A DNA stretch of 64,000 nucleotides from Desulfatiglandales bacterium (GCA_963666345.1 OY762721.1:288001-352000), one strand, 5' to 3'; positions 53,635-64,000 are shown, counted from the stretch's first letter. Notes: generated from the letters alone by a model not told the origin. Program-made: numbers and translations.

Positions 53635-54969
53635 ATGAAAACAGAAGAATTTTCTTCTCGGATCATCGATGAACCGAAGGTGATCTCGGAGGAGGATTTC
53701 CGTCAAATTATCAAACCCTTTGCAGATCCCCTCCTTTCTCTTTCCGATCTGTTGACGGAGAAACGGGACGAGTCTTCCAAGCTGCTCCGTAACATGGGCT
53801 TTTTGGCTGCGGCAATAAAGCAGTCTTCAGATACGGAACACCTGCTTGACCTATACAGCGCCAAAAACAACCGCGACTGGATCTATTTCAGAGAACTGAC
53901 CGCAACCATAAAAAATTTCAGCAAGGCCTCCTTTCAACTTGAGGAATTGATGAAAAACAACTGCCCGGGAAAGATCTTTCCAGATAATAGAGACCCCTTC
54001 TGGAGTCAATCCAATGATATATCGGAACTTTTTAAAAAAATCATTGAAGGCAGTTTCAAAAAACTTAAGGATGAAAACAGGCGCCTTAAACTGAAGGTAT
54101 CAAAAAAGGCCCCTGCCCTGTCGCAAGGCGTTAAAATGCCCAGCGAGATTATATTGCCTCACAATATCGAAGAATTCGACGCCTCAGACACCACCGATAT
54201 GGCAAAGAAATTCGCCCACAGGTTCGTTGAAATGGTGGAAGGGATTGCACTCTACCGGGATTTTGCATCGGTTGAATCGGGGAATCTTGAAACATATCTT
54301 CCTGAGAAAATTGATGAACAGGACCTGAGACAATTAGGGGCCCAGCTCCACAATCTCCAGTCTCAGTACGATACATATATATTCAATCACCTCATTGAAA
54401 AGGAATTTCCCCTGCTCAAAAGCCTGCGCAACATAATCTCCTGTCAGATGAATCTGGCAAAGATCGGCACGATCCTGAGCCACTATTATGAACGTCATCT
54501 GTTCATTTCCTCACCGGTCATGAAAAAGCTTGAAAAGATAGTGCCGCCAGCCGAGATACTTAAGTTTCTTTTTAATTTTGTGCTCTTTTACCTGGTCAGG
54601 CTTTCAACTGAGGGAAAAGTTTTCGCCGAGACCTTTGTTCACGCTCTGGTTGAGATAGTAACATATGAACTTCCGGTACCGATGGATCTCGGTTTCCATG
54701 CGAGACCTTCGACAAAGGTGGCCAAGGTGGTACAGCATTACGGAGCAAACGTAAAAATGATAGTTGAAGACCAGGTCTTTGATGCGGGCAGTGTCCTGTG
54801 GCTCCTCAGTGCCGGAGGATACGTGATGACCAAGGGGCTCAGGACGGTTCGTTTCCAGGGAGACAAGAGGGCACTTGACGACCTGAAACTGCTAGCGAAG
54901 GGCAACTATGGTGAGACCAAAGACGGTAAGGACCTGCCGCTCCCAGACGCCTTGTCTTATCTGAGCTGA
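53635..54969 (+). CDS. Large protein with C-terminal HPr phosphocarrier domain
   Basis: C-terminal GFHARP (His15 motif) and FDAGSVLWLL (Ser46-like); about 340-aa helical N-terminal region of unknown function. Confidence 0.8.
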   Translation: MKTEEFSSRIIDEPKVISEEDFRQIIKPFADPLLSLSDLLTEKRDESSKLLRNMGFLAAAIKQSSDTEHLLDLYSAKNNRDWIYFRELTATIKNFSKASFQLEELMKNNCPGKIFPDNRDPFWSQSNDISELFKKIIEGSFKKLKDENRRLKLKVSKKAPALSQGVKMPSEIILPHNIEEFDASDTTDMAKKFAHRFVEMVEGIALYRDFASVESGNLETYLPEKIDEQDLRQLGAQLHNLQSQYDTYIFNHLIEKEFPLLKSLRNIISCQMNLAKIGTILSHYYERHLFISSPVMKKLEKIVPPAEILKFLFNFVLFYLVRLSTEGKVFAETFVHALVEIVTYELPVPMDLGFHARPSTKVAKVVQHYGANVKMIVEDQVFDAGSVLWLLSAGGYVMTKGLRTVRFQGDKRALDDLKLLAKGNYGETKDGKDLPLPDALSYLS

Positions 54970-54994
54970 GACCCTCCGGCGGAGAGTTATTGAA

Positions 54995-55203
54995 ATGAAG
55001 GCCATTATACTCAGGGGATCTGCAACCTGGCGGACAATCAAGCCCCGCTCAAAATGGAACAAATCCCGGTTCCCCTTCCAAAAAAAAGAGAAGGCAGCCT
55101 GTGTAAAGGATTCAAGGCCACCGGAAAAGATGAAAACGGAGGATACGCCGAATATGGTGTTATCCCTGGGAGATTCGCATTTCCCATACCTGATGTCTTC
55201 TCT
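54995..55203 (+). pseudogene. Zinc-dependent alcohol dehydrogenase remnant
   Basis: MKAIILRG, a frameshift, then ICNLADNQAPLKMEQIPVPLPK joined directly to LCKGFKATGKDENGGYAEY...FAFPIPDVFS. The GVCH/GHE catalytic region and the C-terminal half are missing. Confidence 0.7.
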
Positions 55204-55225
55204 GTTTATTTTTTTCTTGATTTAT

Positions 55226-55248
55226 TATTCCAATTTGGAATATTCCAA
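55226..55248. promoter_or_regulatory. Overlapping palindromes; putative PadR operator
   Basis: TATTCCAA-T-TTGGAATA overlaps the perfect palindrome TTGGAATATTCCAA, about 22 bp before the padR-like ATG. Confidence 0.6.
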
Positions 55249-55270
55249 TAAATATAAATAAGGTCGAGAT

Positions 55271-55798
55271 ATGAAGACAAAGCCATCAACGGAATATGCT
55301 GTTTTGGGTTCCATGTTTTCAGGCCCCAAACATGGATATGAGATACTGAAATTTATCAAGGACAATCTCAATTCGATCTGGCATATAGCACCCAGCCAGC
55401 TCTATACGATCCTTAAGCGTCTTGAAACCGAAGGCCTTCTTGATTCCATAAGGCAGGAGCAGCCAAGCAGGCCTTCAAAGAGGGTATTCTCCCTTAAGAC
55501 GGAAGGGAGAAGGCGTTTTATGGACTGGCTCCATTCACCCAACAGGCATGTAAGGGATCTGAGGATTGAATTTCTAGCGAAACTGTTCTTTTTCAAAAAT
55601 CTCGGCATCCCGGGTGCGAAGCCCCTTGTCGACTCTCAGATCAGTCTCCTTGGGGTTTCAAAAAAAAGGCTTGAGCATGATCTTCAAGGCCACATGGATC
55701 CTTTTGTAAGGCTTTCCATTCGATTCAAGATCGAAACGATTGATGCCCGCCTCTCATGGCTCCACGAGGATGCCGAACCCTTTGTAAATAATAAATAG
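55271..55798 (+). CDS. PadR-family transcriptional regulator
   Basis: GPKHGYEI, SQLYTILKRLETEGL, RPSKRVFSLKTEGR. Confidence 0.92.
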   Translation: MKTKPSTEYAVLGSMFSGPKHGYEILKFIKDNLNSIWHIAPSQLYTILKRLETEGLLDSIRQEQPSRPSKRVFSLKTEGRRRFMDWLHSPNRHVRDLRIEFLAKLFFFKNLGIPGAKPLVDSQISLLGVSKKRLEHDLQGHMDPFVRLSIRFKIETIDARLSWLHEDAEPFVNNK

Positions 55799-55897
55799 TG
55801 TCTTTTTAAACTGATATTTTCGATGCACCTGGGGCGCAAGAAGCGGCAAACGGACTACGGCTGATTCAACTAATCAACTAAGGAAGGAACCCGATAA

Positions 55898-56944
55898 ATG
55901 ACCAACAAATACAAATCCTCCGCTCAGATCATACCCGTTGACAGCGCCTGCGGAACCGTGCTTGCTCACGACATAACCGAAATAAGGGCCGGGCAGTTCA
56001 AAGGCCCCTCATTCAGGAAAGGACATGTCGTCGGTCAAGAGGATATCGCTCACCTCAAAAGATTGGGAAAGGAGCACCTTTTTGTCCTAAAGATAGATGA
56101 AGGGGAGGTCCATGAAGACGATGCGGCCCTTATGCTTGCCAAGGCACTATCCGGCACAGGAGTTATATTCAACGGCCGACCCGCAGAAGGAAAGATAGGT
56201 CTCAAGGCGGAGCACCGTGGACTTCTCAAGGTTGATATCAAGGCCCTTACCAGGCTTTGCCTGATCCCCGAAATCTGCTGTGCAGCTAGGCACAACAATG
56301 TGGTCGTTGAAAAGGGAGACACGGTCGCAGCCACCAGGGCCATCCCCCTAATTATTGATAAGGATACGCTCAACAGTGCGGTCCATATTGCAGATTCTTG
56401 CGGTGGGATATTTTCCGTAAAACCCTTTGATGCCCTTAAAGCGGGACTCATTATAACAGGAAACGAGGTATTCAGCGGACTTATCGATGACAAATTCGCT
56501 CCCATACTGAAAAAGAAGCTTTCCTTTTTCGGCTGTGAGATTGAACGCCCGCTTTTCTCACCTGACGACAGATCGCGCATATCCAGCCATATAAAGACCC
56601 TTCTCACGGCAGGTGCACAGATCATACTGGTTGCAGGGGGAATGAGTGTTGATCCGGATGATGTAAGCCGTCTTGCGATTGCCGATGCAGGAGCCGAAGA
56701 TATCGTTTACGGCACCTCCGTGCTTCCTGGTGCAATGTTCCTTTACGGCCGTATAGGTAAAGTTCCTGTGCTTGGCGTCCCGGCCTGCGCGCTTTACTAC
56801 AAGGCCACGGTGCTTGATCTCATACTGCCGAGGGTCCTTGCCGGAGAGATGATCACGAGGCAGGATCTCGCTGAATTGGCGCATGGAGGACTCTGCCTTA
56901 ACTGCAAGACATGCCGTTACCCCAGGTGCCCATTCGGCAAATAA
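55898..56944 (+). CDS. MoeA-like molybdopterin-binding protein with C-terminal 4-Cys motif
   Basis: LAHDITEI, IITGNEVFSG, GGMSVDPDD, YGTSVLPGAM, GVPAC, GGLCLNCKTCRYPRCPFGK. Confidence 0.85.
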   Translation: MTNKYKSSAQIIPVDSACGTVLAHDITEIRAGQFKGPSFRKGHVVGQEDIAHLKRLGKEHLFVLKIDEGEVHEDDAALMLAKALSGTGVIFNGRPAEGKIGLKAEHRGLLKVDIKALTRLCLIPEICCAARHNNVVVEKGDTVAATRAIPLIIDKDTLNSAVHIADSCGGIFSVKPFDALKAGLIITGNEVFSGLIDDKFAPILKKKLSFFGCEIERPLFSPDDRSRISSHIKTLLTAGAQIILVAGGMSVDPDDVSRLAIADAGAEDIVYGTSVLPGAMFLYGRIGKVPVLGVPACALYYKATVLDLILPRVLAGEMITRQDLAELAHGGLCLNCKTCRYPRCPFGK

Positions 56945-57039
56945 GCTCGGTTAAACAGCCCCGCGCACAAATGATATGAAGGGCATGAAGGCGACCGACA
57001 GGTAACTGCCATGGTTTGAGGTTTCGGCATTTACACGGC

Positions 57040-58077
57040 CTATAGCAGGTGTATCGCAGAATTCCTCACGGCCATATAGACATCTCTGCTCTCGGAAAGA
57101 TCCAGGTATAACAGATCCCCCTTGCTCAGGATCGCCGTAAAAATCGTGCTTCCGCACTTGATAGACACTTCCTGCAGGACCCCCAGATCAGCCACGTTCA
57201 TGATGCGGCATGCGAACACATTTGTATCCCCTTCAGCTATCCTCTCCTTTCTTATGAGGATATCCTCGGCCCTTATTGCGATGAAAGACCTGCCTTCATT
57301 TTTCATGTTGCCTATATCGAAAACCAGATCACCTACCCTTGCACTGGTTCCTTCGAAAACAGCGGGAAGGACGTTTTTCATGCCCACGAACTCAGCCACA
57401 AATGGTGTCTTTGGCCTGGAAAACACATCTTTCACAGACCCCATCTGTTCGATCTTTCCATGATTCAGTATTGCGGTTCTCTCCCCCAGGAAAAGGGCCT
57501 CGGAAAAATCGTGTGTCACCATGAGAAATGTTATACCCATCTCTTTGTGGAGTTTCTTTAGGACCTCTCGAATTTCTGCCCTGAAATTGGGATCAAGAGC
57601 TGAAAGGGGTTCATCAAGCAGCAGGACCGAGGGATGTACCGACAGGGCCCTTGCAAGGGCTATTCGCTGTTTTTCTCCCCCGCTCAAATGGGTTATTGAA
57701 CGATCAGCAATGTGCCTTATGCCAAGCTTCATCATTAGTTCTTCAACCCATCTCCTTGAATCGGTGCTGCTATTACTATGATATCTCAGGCCGTATGTAA
57801 TGTTTTCCATTACAGAGAGGTGTGGAAACAAGGCATAATCCTGATAGACGATTCCGATTCCCCTTTTTTCAGGCGGCAGGCTGGTAATATCTCTTCCACC
57901 GACCCTTATTGTACCTCCATGAACAGGGCCGGTCCCGGTGATGGCCTCAAGTATCAGGGTCTTTCCCGCACCTGTGGGCCCAAGAAGGATAAAAAACTCA
58001 CTCTCCTTTACATCGAGGCATATATCATCGAGACAGAATGAGGAAAAATCCAGACGCAGGTTCTCTATTTCAATCAC
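57040..58077 (-). CDS. wtpC: Tungstate/molybdate ABC transporter ATPase
   Basis: GPTGAGKT, LSGGEKQR, LLLDEPLSALD, TOBE-like C-terminus. Confidence 0.88.
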   Translation of the reverse strand: MIEIENLRLDFSSFCLDDICLDVKESEFFILLGPTGAGKTLILEAITGTGPVHGGTIRVGGRDITSLPPEKRGIGIVYQDYALFPHLSVMENITYGLRYHSNSSTDSRRWVEELMMKLGIRHIADRSITHLSGGEKQRIALARALSVHPSVLLLDEPLSALDPNFRAEIREVLKKLHKEMGITFLMVTHDFSEALFLGERTAILNHGKIEQMGSVKDVFSRPKTPFVAEFVGMKNVLPAVFEGTSARVGDLVFDIGNMKNEGRSFIAIRAEDILIRKERIAEGDTNVFACRIMNVADLGVLQEVSIKCGSTIFTAILSKGDLLYLDLSESRDVYMAVRNSAIHLL

Positions 58078-58867
58078 CGCTTTTCTCCTTGACCGGGGAA
58101 ACGATCCTCAACAATATAAACAGGGCTAGACAGACAAATATAAGCCAGACAGCAACCGGCTGTGAATATCTCAACCCATAGGCGGTGAACCTCTCATAGA
58201 TCATTACAGGGGCGATCATTGGATGGTAGGCCACGATAACGACCGCGCCGAATTCACTGATCGCGCGGGCACAACACATGATCATTCCGACCAGCATGGA
58301 ACGCCAGGCCAGAGGGAAGGTGACCCTCAGAAAGGTCCCGGACATTGACGCGCCCAGGCTTCTGGAGACATTTTCAAGGCGCACGGGGATCGCCTCAAAC
58401 CCAGTCTTAACGGTGTTTACATAAAAGGGCAGACCCACGAATGTCAGCACCGTAACAATTCCTGTGACAGTACCCATTATATGGATACCTATACTCTGCA
58501 TGAATTGACCAAGCCAGTGGTTCTTTCCGGCAAGGCCGAGGATTGCTATTCCTACAACCGGATGGGGAATCATTATGGGAAGGTCTATTATGCTTTCGAC
58601 GACCTTTTTGCCGAAAAAATTCTTTCGCGCGAGCAGATAAGCGAAGGGGGTTCCTATTATAAAAGAGATGACTGCCGCAAGTCCGGAGGTGTAGATACTA
58701 AGCCATATTGACCTCAAGACATCCGTGTCGCCGGCTGTGTCCTTTAAATCCTGCAGCGACGGCTGGGTAACCATCTCTATAAGAGGAAAAAGGATAAAGG
58801 TTACAACAGTGACGCTGCAAAAAAGTGTGATAAAAAACCAGGGATCTTTCCCTATCTTTTTTTTCAT
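58070..58867 (-). CDS. wtpB: Tungstate/molybdate ABC transporter permease
   Basis: IDLPIMIPHPVVGIA, LENVSRSLGAS, RAISEFGAV. Start placed at MKKKIG. Confidence 0.88.
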   Translation of the reverse strand: MKKKIGKDPWFFITLFCSVTVVTFILFPLIEMVTQPSLQDLKDTAGDTDVLRSIWLSIYTSGLAAVISFIIGTPFAYLLARKNFFGKKVVESIIDLPIMIPHPVVGIAILGLAGKNHWLGQFMQSIGIHIMGTVTGIVTVLTFVGLPFYVNTVKTGFEAIPVRLENVSRSLGASMSGTFLRVTFPLAWRSMLVGMIMCCARAISEFGAVVIVAYHPMIAPVMIYERFTAYGLRYSQPVAVWLIFVCLALFILLRIVSPVKEKSGD

Positions 58868-58960
58868 TCCATATACGTTGAGTTTGTTTTCTTTATAATA
58901 CCCCCGGGCGGAAAAAAAGGGGTTCAACTGCCCGGGGGATTATGCATTCTTTATAAAGGA

Positions 58961-59950
58961 CTAGTTTTTGACTTCAACAAGCCCTTTGATGGATCCGGGC
59001 AGATCCGTCTTTATCTTCTCACTTGACACCCTGCAAGGTATAAAGGGAGGTTGTCCCATATCCTTGAGAACCTTTAATCCTCCTTCAGGATCAAGCAGGT
59101 ATGCAAGGAATGCCTCAGCGGCCTCAGGGTTTTTGGAATTTTTTATCATGGTTATACCATAGGTACACGATTTTCCTTTTCTTGTGATCCAGGTCCCCGG
59201 CTTTTTGCCTGTCACCTTCACCTCCGCTTTTTTATAGAAGGCATCCATCTTGTAATTGCCCAGATTTATTTCGTCCGGAAGCAGCAGATACTTGAGTCCG
59301 TGCTGCACCGCCACTGACAGATATTCCCAGGCGTAATCCATGTTGCCGGTCTTGAGAAGAGAAACCAGTTCCACAGACTTGGGTCTTATATTTTTTTTCG
59401 GCCTGTTTGCGATAAGCCTGTCATAAAGGCCCGCCTTTGCGTAATGTTTCTCGGCAAGCTGAAGGACCATCAGGCTTCTATATCCGCACGGGTCAAGGTT
59501 TGGATCGGAATGCCCCCAGATAACGCCCTTTCTTTCAAGGATATCGTACCAGTTGTCCGCATTCACCTCGGATGCGAATTTACTCTTATCCGTGTAGCAG
59601 AGCACGAGCTGATTTGTTGCGAACCTTATGTTCCATGCCGCTTTTGCAGGAATAAGAGCCTTATCTATGACCTTGTAATCCGCAGATGCCATGATATCCG
59701 CCGGCTTGTTGAGTTCAGATATCATTCTGGCCATTTTGGTGCTCCCGCCAGCCTCACGCAGTATGTCAACCTTGGGATATTTCGCCTCAAAAACTTTTTC
59801 CATCTTGGCAAAGGGCACGGTCAAACTGCCGGCATGAAAGATTACGACATCTCCTTGCGGTTCAGCACCTGCGACCATTGGAGACAGCGGCAACACGACA
59901 AACAGGCTCAAACAAAAAATCCATTTGGCTAACAGTCCAATCCTTTTCAT
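58961..59950 (-). CDS. wtpA: Tungstate/molybdate-binding protein, WtpA-type
   Basis: Signal peptide; [39 protein letters not shown] before ATG 59950. Confidence 0.9.
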   Translation of the reverse strand: MKRIGLLAKWIFCLSLFVVLPLSPMVAGAEPQGDVVIFHAGSLTVPFAKMEKVFEAKYPKVDILREAGGSTKMARMISELNKPADIMASADYKVIDKALIPAKAAWNIRFATNQLVLCYTDKSKFASEVNADNWYDILERKGVIWGHSDPNLDPCGYRSLMVLQLAEKHYAKAGLYDRLIANRPKKNIRPKSVELVSLLKTGNMDYAWEYLSVAVQHGLKYLLLPDEINLGNYKMDAFYKKAEVKVTGKKPGTWITRKGKSCTYGITMIKNSKNPEAAEAFLAYLLDPEGGLKVLKDMGQPPFIPCRVSSEKIKTDLPGSIKGLVEVKN

Positions 59951-60111
59951 TTTCTTATCCTCCTTATTATTTTTCAACTCTCAATTGGTGATTATCCTGA
60001 AATACGATGCCCTGATAAGAGACATCAACAACCTCGCTTGTCAATAAAAGTGATGAAAAACGAACCATCAGGTTGAGTCCTGAATGCCGTCATCGTTACT
60101 CACCATATGAC

Positions 60112-60135
60112 CGTTATATCACTGATGATATAAAT
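60112..60135. promoter_or_regulatory. ModE-like operator upstream of wtpA
   Basis: CGTTATATC-N6-GATATAAAT versus the ModE consensus CGNTATATA-N6-TATATAACG. Confidence 0.55.
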
Positions 60136-60506
60136 ATACGCCTAAAAAAAGACCAAAAACAAAGAGGTCTTCCAAGTCCGCCATACTGCAGGGCCATAAT
60201 GCTATCAAGCACAGCGTACTGTTTTTGTCAAGCCGTTTTTCCTGCTGAACCGCTATCAGGATCTGATCCGCCATTCGGGATGCCCATGGACTTCCATCCC
60301 TTAAGGTTTCGCGGACTCCTCCCGCGCCTCCGGTCTCCTGCATGCAGCAGCAAGAGAGCCGAGGGCCAGTATCATGAATTATTGCGGCCCGTTTTGAGAG
60401 TCTGCTCCGGTTCCCAAGCTCCCTTCCTCGATCCTGGACCTGCCTTTGACCGCAAAGGTCACGCACGGATCAAGGAGGCAGGAGCATGGGTTTTACTATT
60501 CAGACC

Positions 60507-62180
60507 CTAACGAGGAAACACCGCACCTTTGTCAGCGCTTGAAACTACCATTGCATATCTTGCCAGATACCCGGTCTTCACCTTCGGCTCAAAGGGTGGA
60601 AGGCTGTCCAGCCGCTCCTTTATTTCCTCTTCAGAAAGCCTCAGATTAAGGCTCTTTTCAGGGATGTTGATGTCTATCACATCCCCTTCTCTTATTGCAC
60701 CTATCGGCCCCTTTGCAGCCGCTTCAGGAGAAATATGACCTATTGCGGCACCCCGGGAGGCACCCGAAAATCTGCCGTCCGTTATGAGGGCTACATATTT
60801 GTCCATACCCATTCCCGCCAGCGCCGAGGTGGGAGAAAGCATCTCCTGCATACCCGGCCCCCCCTTCGGCCCCTCGTACAGAATTACCACGACGTCTCCC
60901 TTTCGAATGTCTCCACTCAGTATGGCCCCGCATGCCGCCTCCTCAGAGCAAAAGACCCTGGCAGGGCCTGAGTGTTTCAGCATCTCCTCGGAAACAGCGG
61001 CCTGCTTGACTATTGCACCGCCCGGCGCGATATTCCCGGTCAAAACCGCAAGCCCACCGGTCTTGTGCACCGGTCTGTCAACAGGCCTGATGATTGATTC
61101 ATCCTTTATTCCCGCCTTTATCTCGTCCAGCATCTCTCCCACGTTTTTACCGTAGACCGTCAGCTGCCGGTCATCAATGAGACCGCTTTTCCTTAACTCG
61201 GAAAGGATCGCAGGAATACCGCCCGCATGATAAAGGTCCACTACATGATGAGGGCCTGCCGGCGCCAGGGACGTAAGGTGAGGCACCTTTTCTGTTATTT
61301 CGCCGAAATCCTTGAGAGTCAGGTCTATCCCGGCATAATAGGCAAGCGCGGGTATATGAAGAGCTGTGTTTGTTGATCCTCCCAGCGCCATATCGGTTGC
61401 AATCGCGTTGTTGAAGGTTTCCCTGGTGAGGATATCCCTCGGCCTTAGGCCCTCCTTAACCAGTTCGACCGCCCTGTAGCCCGTCTGTTTTGCAAGCCAT
61501 ATCCTTTCCGAATAAACCGCAGGAGCGCTCCCGTTAAACGGCAGGGCCATGCCGAGCGCCTCTGAAAGGTTGCTCATCGTGTTGGCTGTAAACATCCCTG
61601 AACAGGAACCTGCCCCCGGACACCCACGCAGCTCTATTTCGTAAAGCTCATCAGCGTCTATTTTTCCGCTCTTGAAACTTCCTACCGCCTCGAATATCTT
61701 GTCCACGCCGATCTCTCTGCCTGAGACTTTTCCAGGAAGCATCGGCCCTCCGGAGACAAAAATCGAGGGTATATTCATGCTGGCAGCAGCGTTCAACATC
61801 CCCGGGATTATCTTATCGCAGGAGGAAAGGAGGACCAGCCCGTCAAATGGATGGGCCTCCGCCATTATCTCAATGGAATCGGCAATCAATTCCCTGCTGG
61901 GGAGAGAAAATTTCATTCCTTTGTGATTCATGGCGATCCCGTCACATACGCCGATGGTGTTGAAGACCATGGGCGTACCCCCTGCCGCGTACACACCTGC
62001 TTTTACCGCCTCCACAAGTTTGTCCAGGTTCATATGACCCGGTATAATCTCTGTAAAGGAATTTGCTATGCCTATTATCGGCCTTTCCATTTCCCAATCA
62101 GTAAAACCATCAGCCCTCAAAAGTGAACGGTGCGGAGCCCTTTCAGGTCCGCTAGTCATCAAGTTGCTTCTCTTTTCCAT
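60507..62180 (-). CDS. ilvD: Dihydroxy-acid dehydratase
   Basis: [58 protein letters not shown]. Confidence 0.97.
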   Translation of the reverse strand: MEKRSNLMTSGPERAPHRSLLRADGFTDWEMERPIIGIANSFTEIIPGHMNLDKLVEAVKAGVYAAGGTPMVFNTIGVCDGIAMNHKGMKFSLPSRELIADSIEIMAEAHPFDGLVLLSSCDKIIPGMLNAAASMNIPSIFVSGGPMLPGKVSGREIGVDKIFEAVGSFKSGKIDADELYEIELRGCPGAGSCSGMFTANTMSNLSEALGMALPFNGSAPAVYSERIWLAKQTGYRAVELVKEGLRPRDILTRETFNNAIATDMALGGSTNTALHIPALAYYAGIDLTLKDFGEITEKVPHLTSLAPAGPHHVVDLYHAGGIPAILSELRKSGLIDDRQLTVYGKNVGEMLDEIKAGIKDESIIRPVDRPVHKTGGLAVLTGNIAPGGAIVKQAAVSEEMLKHSGPARVFCSEEAACGAILSGDIRKGDVVVILYEGPKGGPGMQEMLSPTSALAGMGMDKYVALITDGRFSGASRGAAIGHISPEAAAKGPIGAIREGDVIDINIPEKSLNLRLSEEEIKERLDSLPPFEPKVKTGYLARYAMVVSSADKGAVFPR

Positions 62181-62463
62181 GAATCTTCTCCTTTTTCTCT
62201 TGCTCTGTAAAATCAGGCTACTGCCCCTGTATCGCCACTTATTAATTCAGTCCCGAATCCCTTGGCCCTCATGCCGATACCTGAATTAAATAGTGGAGTT
62301 GGGTATCTCTATAACACTTGACATGTCTCGGATCAAGCGATTAAGAGAAGCAACACCCTGCTAGGCCATACAGCCCAGAACAATGTTTTTATTGCCGATC
62401 AGGCACAAACCACGACCTTGCCTTCCGGGCCTGGATACTTTAATATCTCGAAGGACAAATAAA

Positions 62464-63228
62464 ATGGACAATAGAGATAAAAACAGATCCCAGCTTCGCT
62501 GGTACGACCATATTCTGCTCCACCTGATTTCTCCTTTGGCAGCCTTACTGATCAAGGCACTTATGCTTACCTGCCGGGTAATAAAGGTGGAAGGAGAGGA
62601 AAAGGCCGCGGATATTATTCGAAAAACAGGCGGAGGTGCGGTTTACGCAACCTGGCACCAGAGGATGTCCTACCACTTCCATTATTTCGGCTCAAGGCGT
62701 GTTACCATAATGATCAGCCAGAGCAGGGACGGCGAATACGCAGCCACGATAGCCAAATGGGTCGGGTTCAAAAATGTCAGAGGCTCATCCACAAGGGGTG
62801 GATCACAGGCACTCAAGGAAATGATAAAGAGGATAAGAAACGGTGAGATAGGTGGAATGCTTGCAGACGGACCTCAGGGCCCGCCCCGGGTTGCCAAAAC
62901 AGGTTCAGTGGTACTTGCAAGGGATGCATCCGTTCCTCTTATCCCTGTCGTCTGGGGAGCGGATCGCTGTTGGACCTTCAATTCATGGGACAGGTATATA
63001 GTGCCCAAGCCGTTCAGCCGGGTTGTCATTTTCTATGCCGAACCTGTGATAATACCCCCTGATACAAAAGATAAGGATCTAAAGGAATTTCGTCGCATCT
63101 TTGAAAGCAGACTTAACCTCGCAACCAGCTGGTGCGATGGGCAGTTCGGTTTTGAAAGACCGTGGAGAAAGGCTGGCGGGGAAGGTATCCGTGAGACTGG
63201 CCCCCTGGATTTTCATGATGATAAATAG
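62464..63228 (+). CDS. DUF374 / lysophospholipid acyltransferase-like family protein
   Basis: ATWHQR, ISQSRDGE, VRGSSTRGG, ADGPQGP, FNSWDRYIVPKPF. Confidence 0.85.
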   Translation: MDNRDKNRSQLRWYDHILLHLISPLAALLIKALMLTCRVIKVEGEEKAADIIRKTGGGAVYATWHQRMSYHFHYFGSRRVTIMISQSRDGEYAATIAKWVGFKNVRGSSTRGGSQALKEMIKRIRNGEIGGMLADGPQGPPRVAKTGSVVLARDASVPLIPVVWGADRCWTFNSWDRYIVPKPFSRVVIFYAEPVIIPPDTKDKDLKEFRRIFESRLNLATSWCDGQFGFERPWRKAGGEGIRETGPLDFHDDK

Positions 63229-63382
63229 GCATTCTTCCCAGCCGATAGATACCGGCTCGCAGAGCCCTTGGTGCCGGTAAAGGGGAGGAGAGAAAATCGG
63301 GATGCGCGTCCGGATATTATCATATTGGAAAAAATTCAAGAGGTCTGATAACCGGGAGGCTCAGTGGCATTTCTACAAGACC

Positions 63383-64000
63383 ATGAATGAACCGGTCAGG
63401 ATAAATACCTTTACCCTTTTAACGGCAACAGCCACGGTCGCAACGGTTGAAATCATCGCCGGCCTTTTAATCCCTGTTGCACCCTGGCCCGCCATTGTCA
63501 TAACATGCATTGCCAGATTCAGTCAGTCTCTTATGCTCCTGTTTCTGGTCCGTCTAACAGGAAAAGGGCTCGAATCCGTCCGCCTTTATCCCAAAAAATG
63601 GAAAAAAGGGATCAAGAGGGGCCTTGTCTGGTCTTTTTTTTTCGGACTTGCAACCCTGCTGGTCTTTCTGGCCCTCCGGCTTCTGGAAATAGATCCATTG
63701 CTCCTTGTCAGGACAAATATCCCTGATTACCCGCACCGGACCGTAATGTTTTTCATAGCGGCAGGATTTATAGGACCGATCGCGGAAGAGATCCTTTTCA
63801 GGGGGATAATCTACGGCTTTTTTAGGCGCTGGGGTATCATTTACGCCCTTTTGGGTTCAACCCTTGCTTTTGTGAGCGCACATGCATACTTATCGGGGGT
63901 TCCCCTGCCTCAGATTGCGGGAGGTCTGCTGTTTGCTCTTGCCTATGAACTGGAGCAGGACATCATGGTTCCGATAACCATACATGTCCTGGGCAATCTT
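63383..64000 (+). CDS. CPBP-family (CAAX/Abi) intramembrane metalloprotease, 3'-truncated; missing from the ORF track
   Basis: Open from ATG 63383 to the window end; GPIAEEILFRG, FVSAH and IHVLGN motifs; hydrophobic. Confidence 0.88.
   Translation, partial: MNEPVRINTFTLLTATATVATVEIIAGLLIPVAPWPAIVITCIARFSQSLMLLFLVRLTGKGLESVRLYPKKWKKGIKRGLVWSFFFGLATLLVFLALRLLEIDPLLLVRTNIPDYPHRTVMFFIAAGFIGPIAEEILFRGIIYGFFRRWGIIYALLGSTLAFVSAHAYLSGVPLPQIAGGLLFALAYELEQDIMVPITIHVLGNL

Noticed and set aside
59951..60500. Moco/Tuco riboswitch upstream of wtpA
   Set aside because: I could not find the characteristic conserved stems and loops by eye; an Rfam scan would settle it.

Overview
A ~50% GC bacterial chromosomal window. 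Gene content (sigma-54 signalling, HdrA/MvhD/MetVF, system II cytochrome c maturation, WtpABC) suggests a strictly anaerobic Desulfobacterota-type deltaproteobacterium; the taxonomy is inference. I saw no prophage, IS, CRISPR, rRNA or tRNA. Main results: (1) 1-14 kb holds a sigma-54-type operon encoding a degenerate MetF paralogue, a 1008-aa tandem HdrA-like protein, MvhD, MetV and MetF. The ORF track splits both hdrA and mvhD at in-frame TGA codons that sit at conserved Cys positions and are followed by SECIS-like hairpins, so both are most likely selenoproteins. A Rossmann/PAS kinase, a hybrid kinase and an NtrC-type activator precede the operon, and a third metF is cut by the window start. 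(2) 21.5-33.6 kb is an acetate-activation island: acs, satP, an AcuC-type deacetylase, an unannotated GNAT-like protein that may be the missing Acs acetylase, a catalytically truncated Pta-like protein and two sensor systems. (3) Smaller oddities include an ops/JUMPstart element before an orphan rfbB, a loop-deleted (probably CC-adding) tRNA nucleotidyltransferase, a 444-aa HPr fusion, a LarA homologue, an ADH pseudogene, and WtpABC with a ModE-like box. All calls come from reading motifs by eye; no searches were run.
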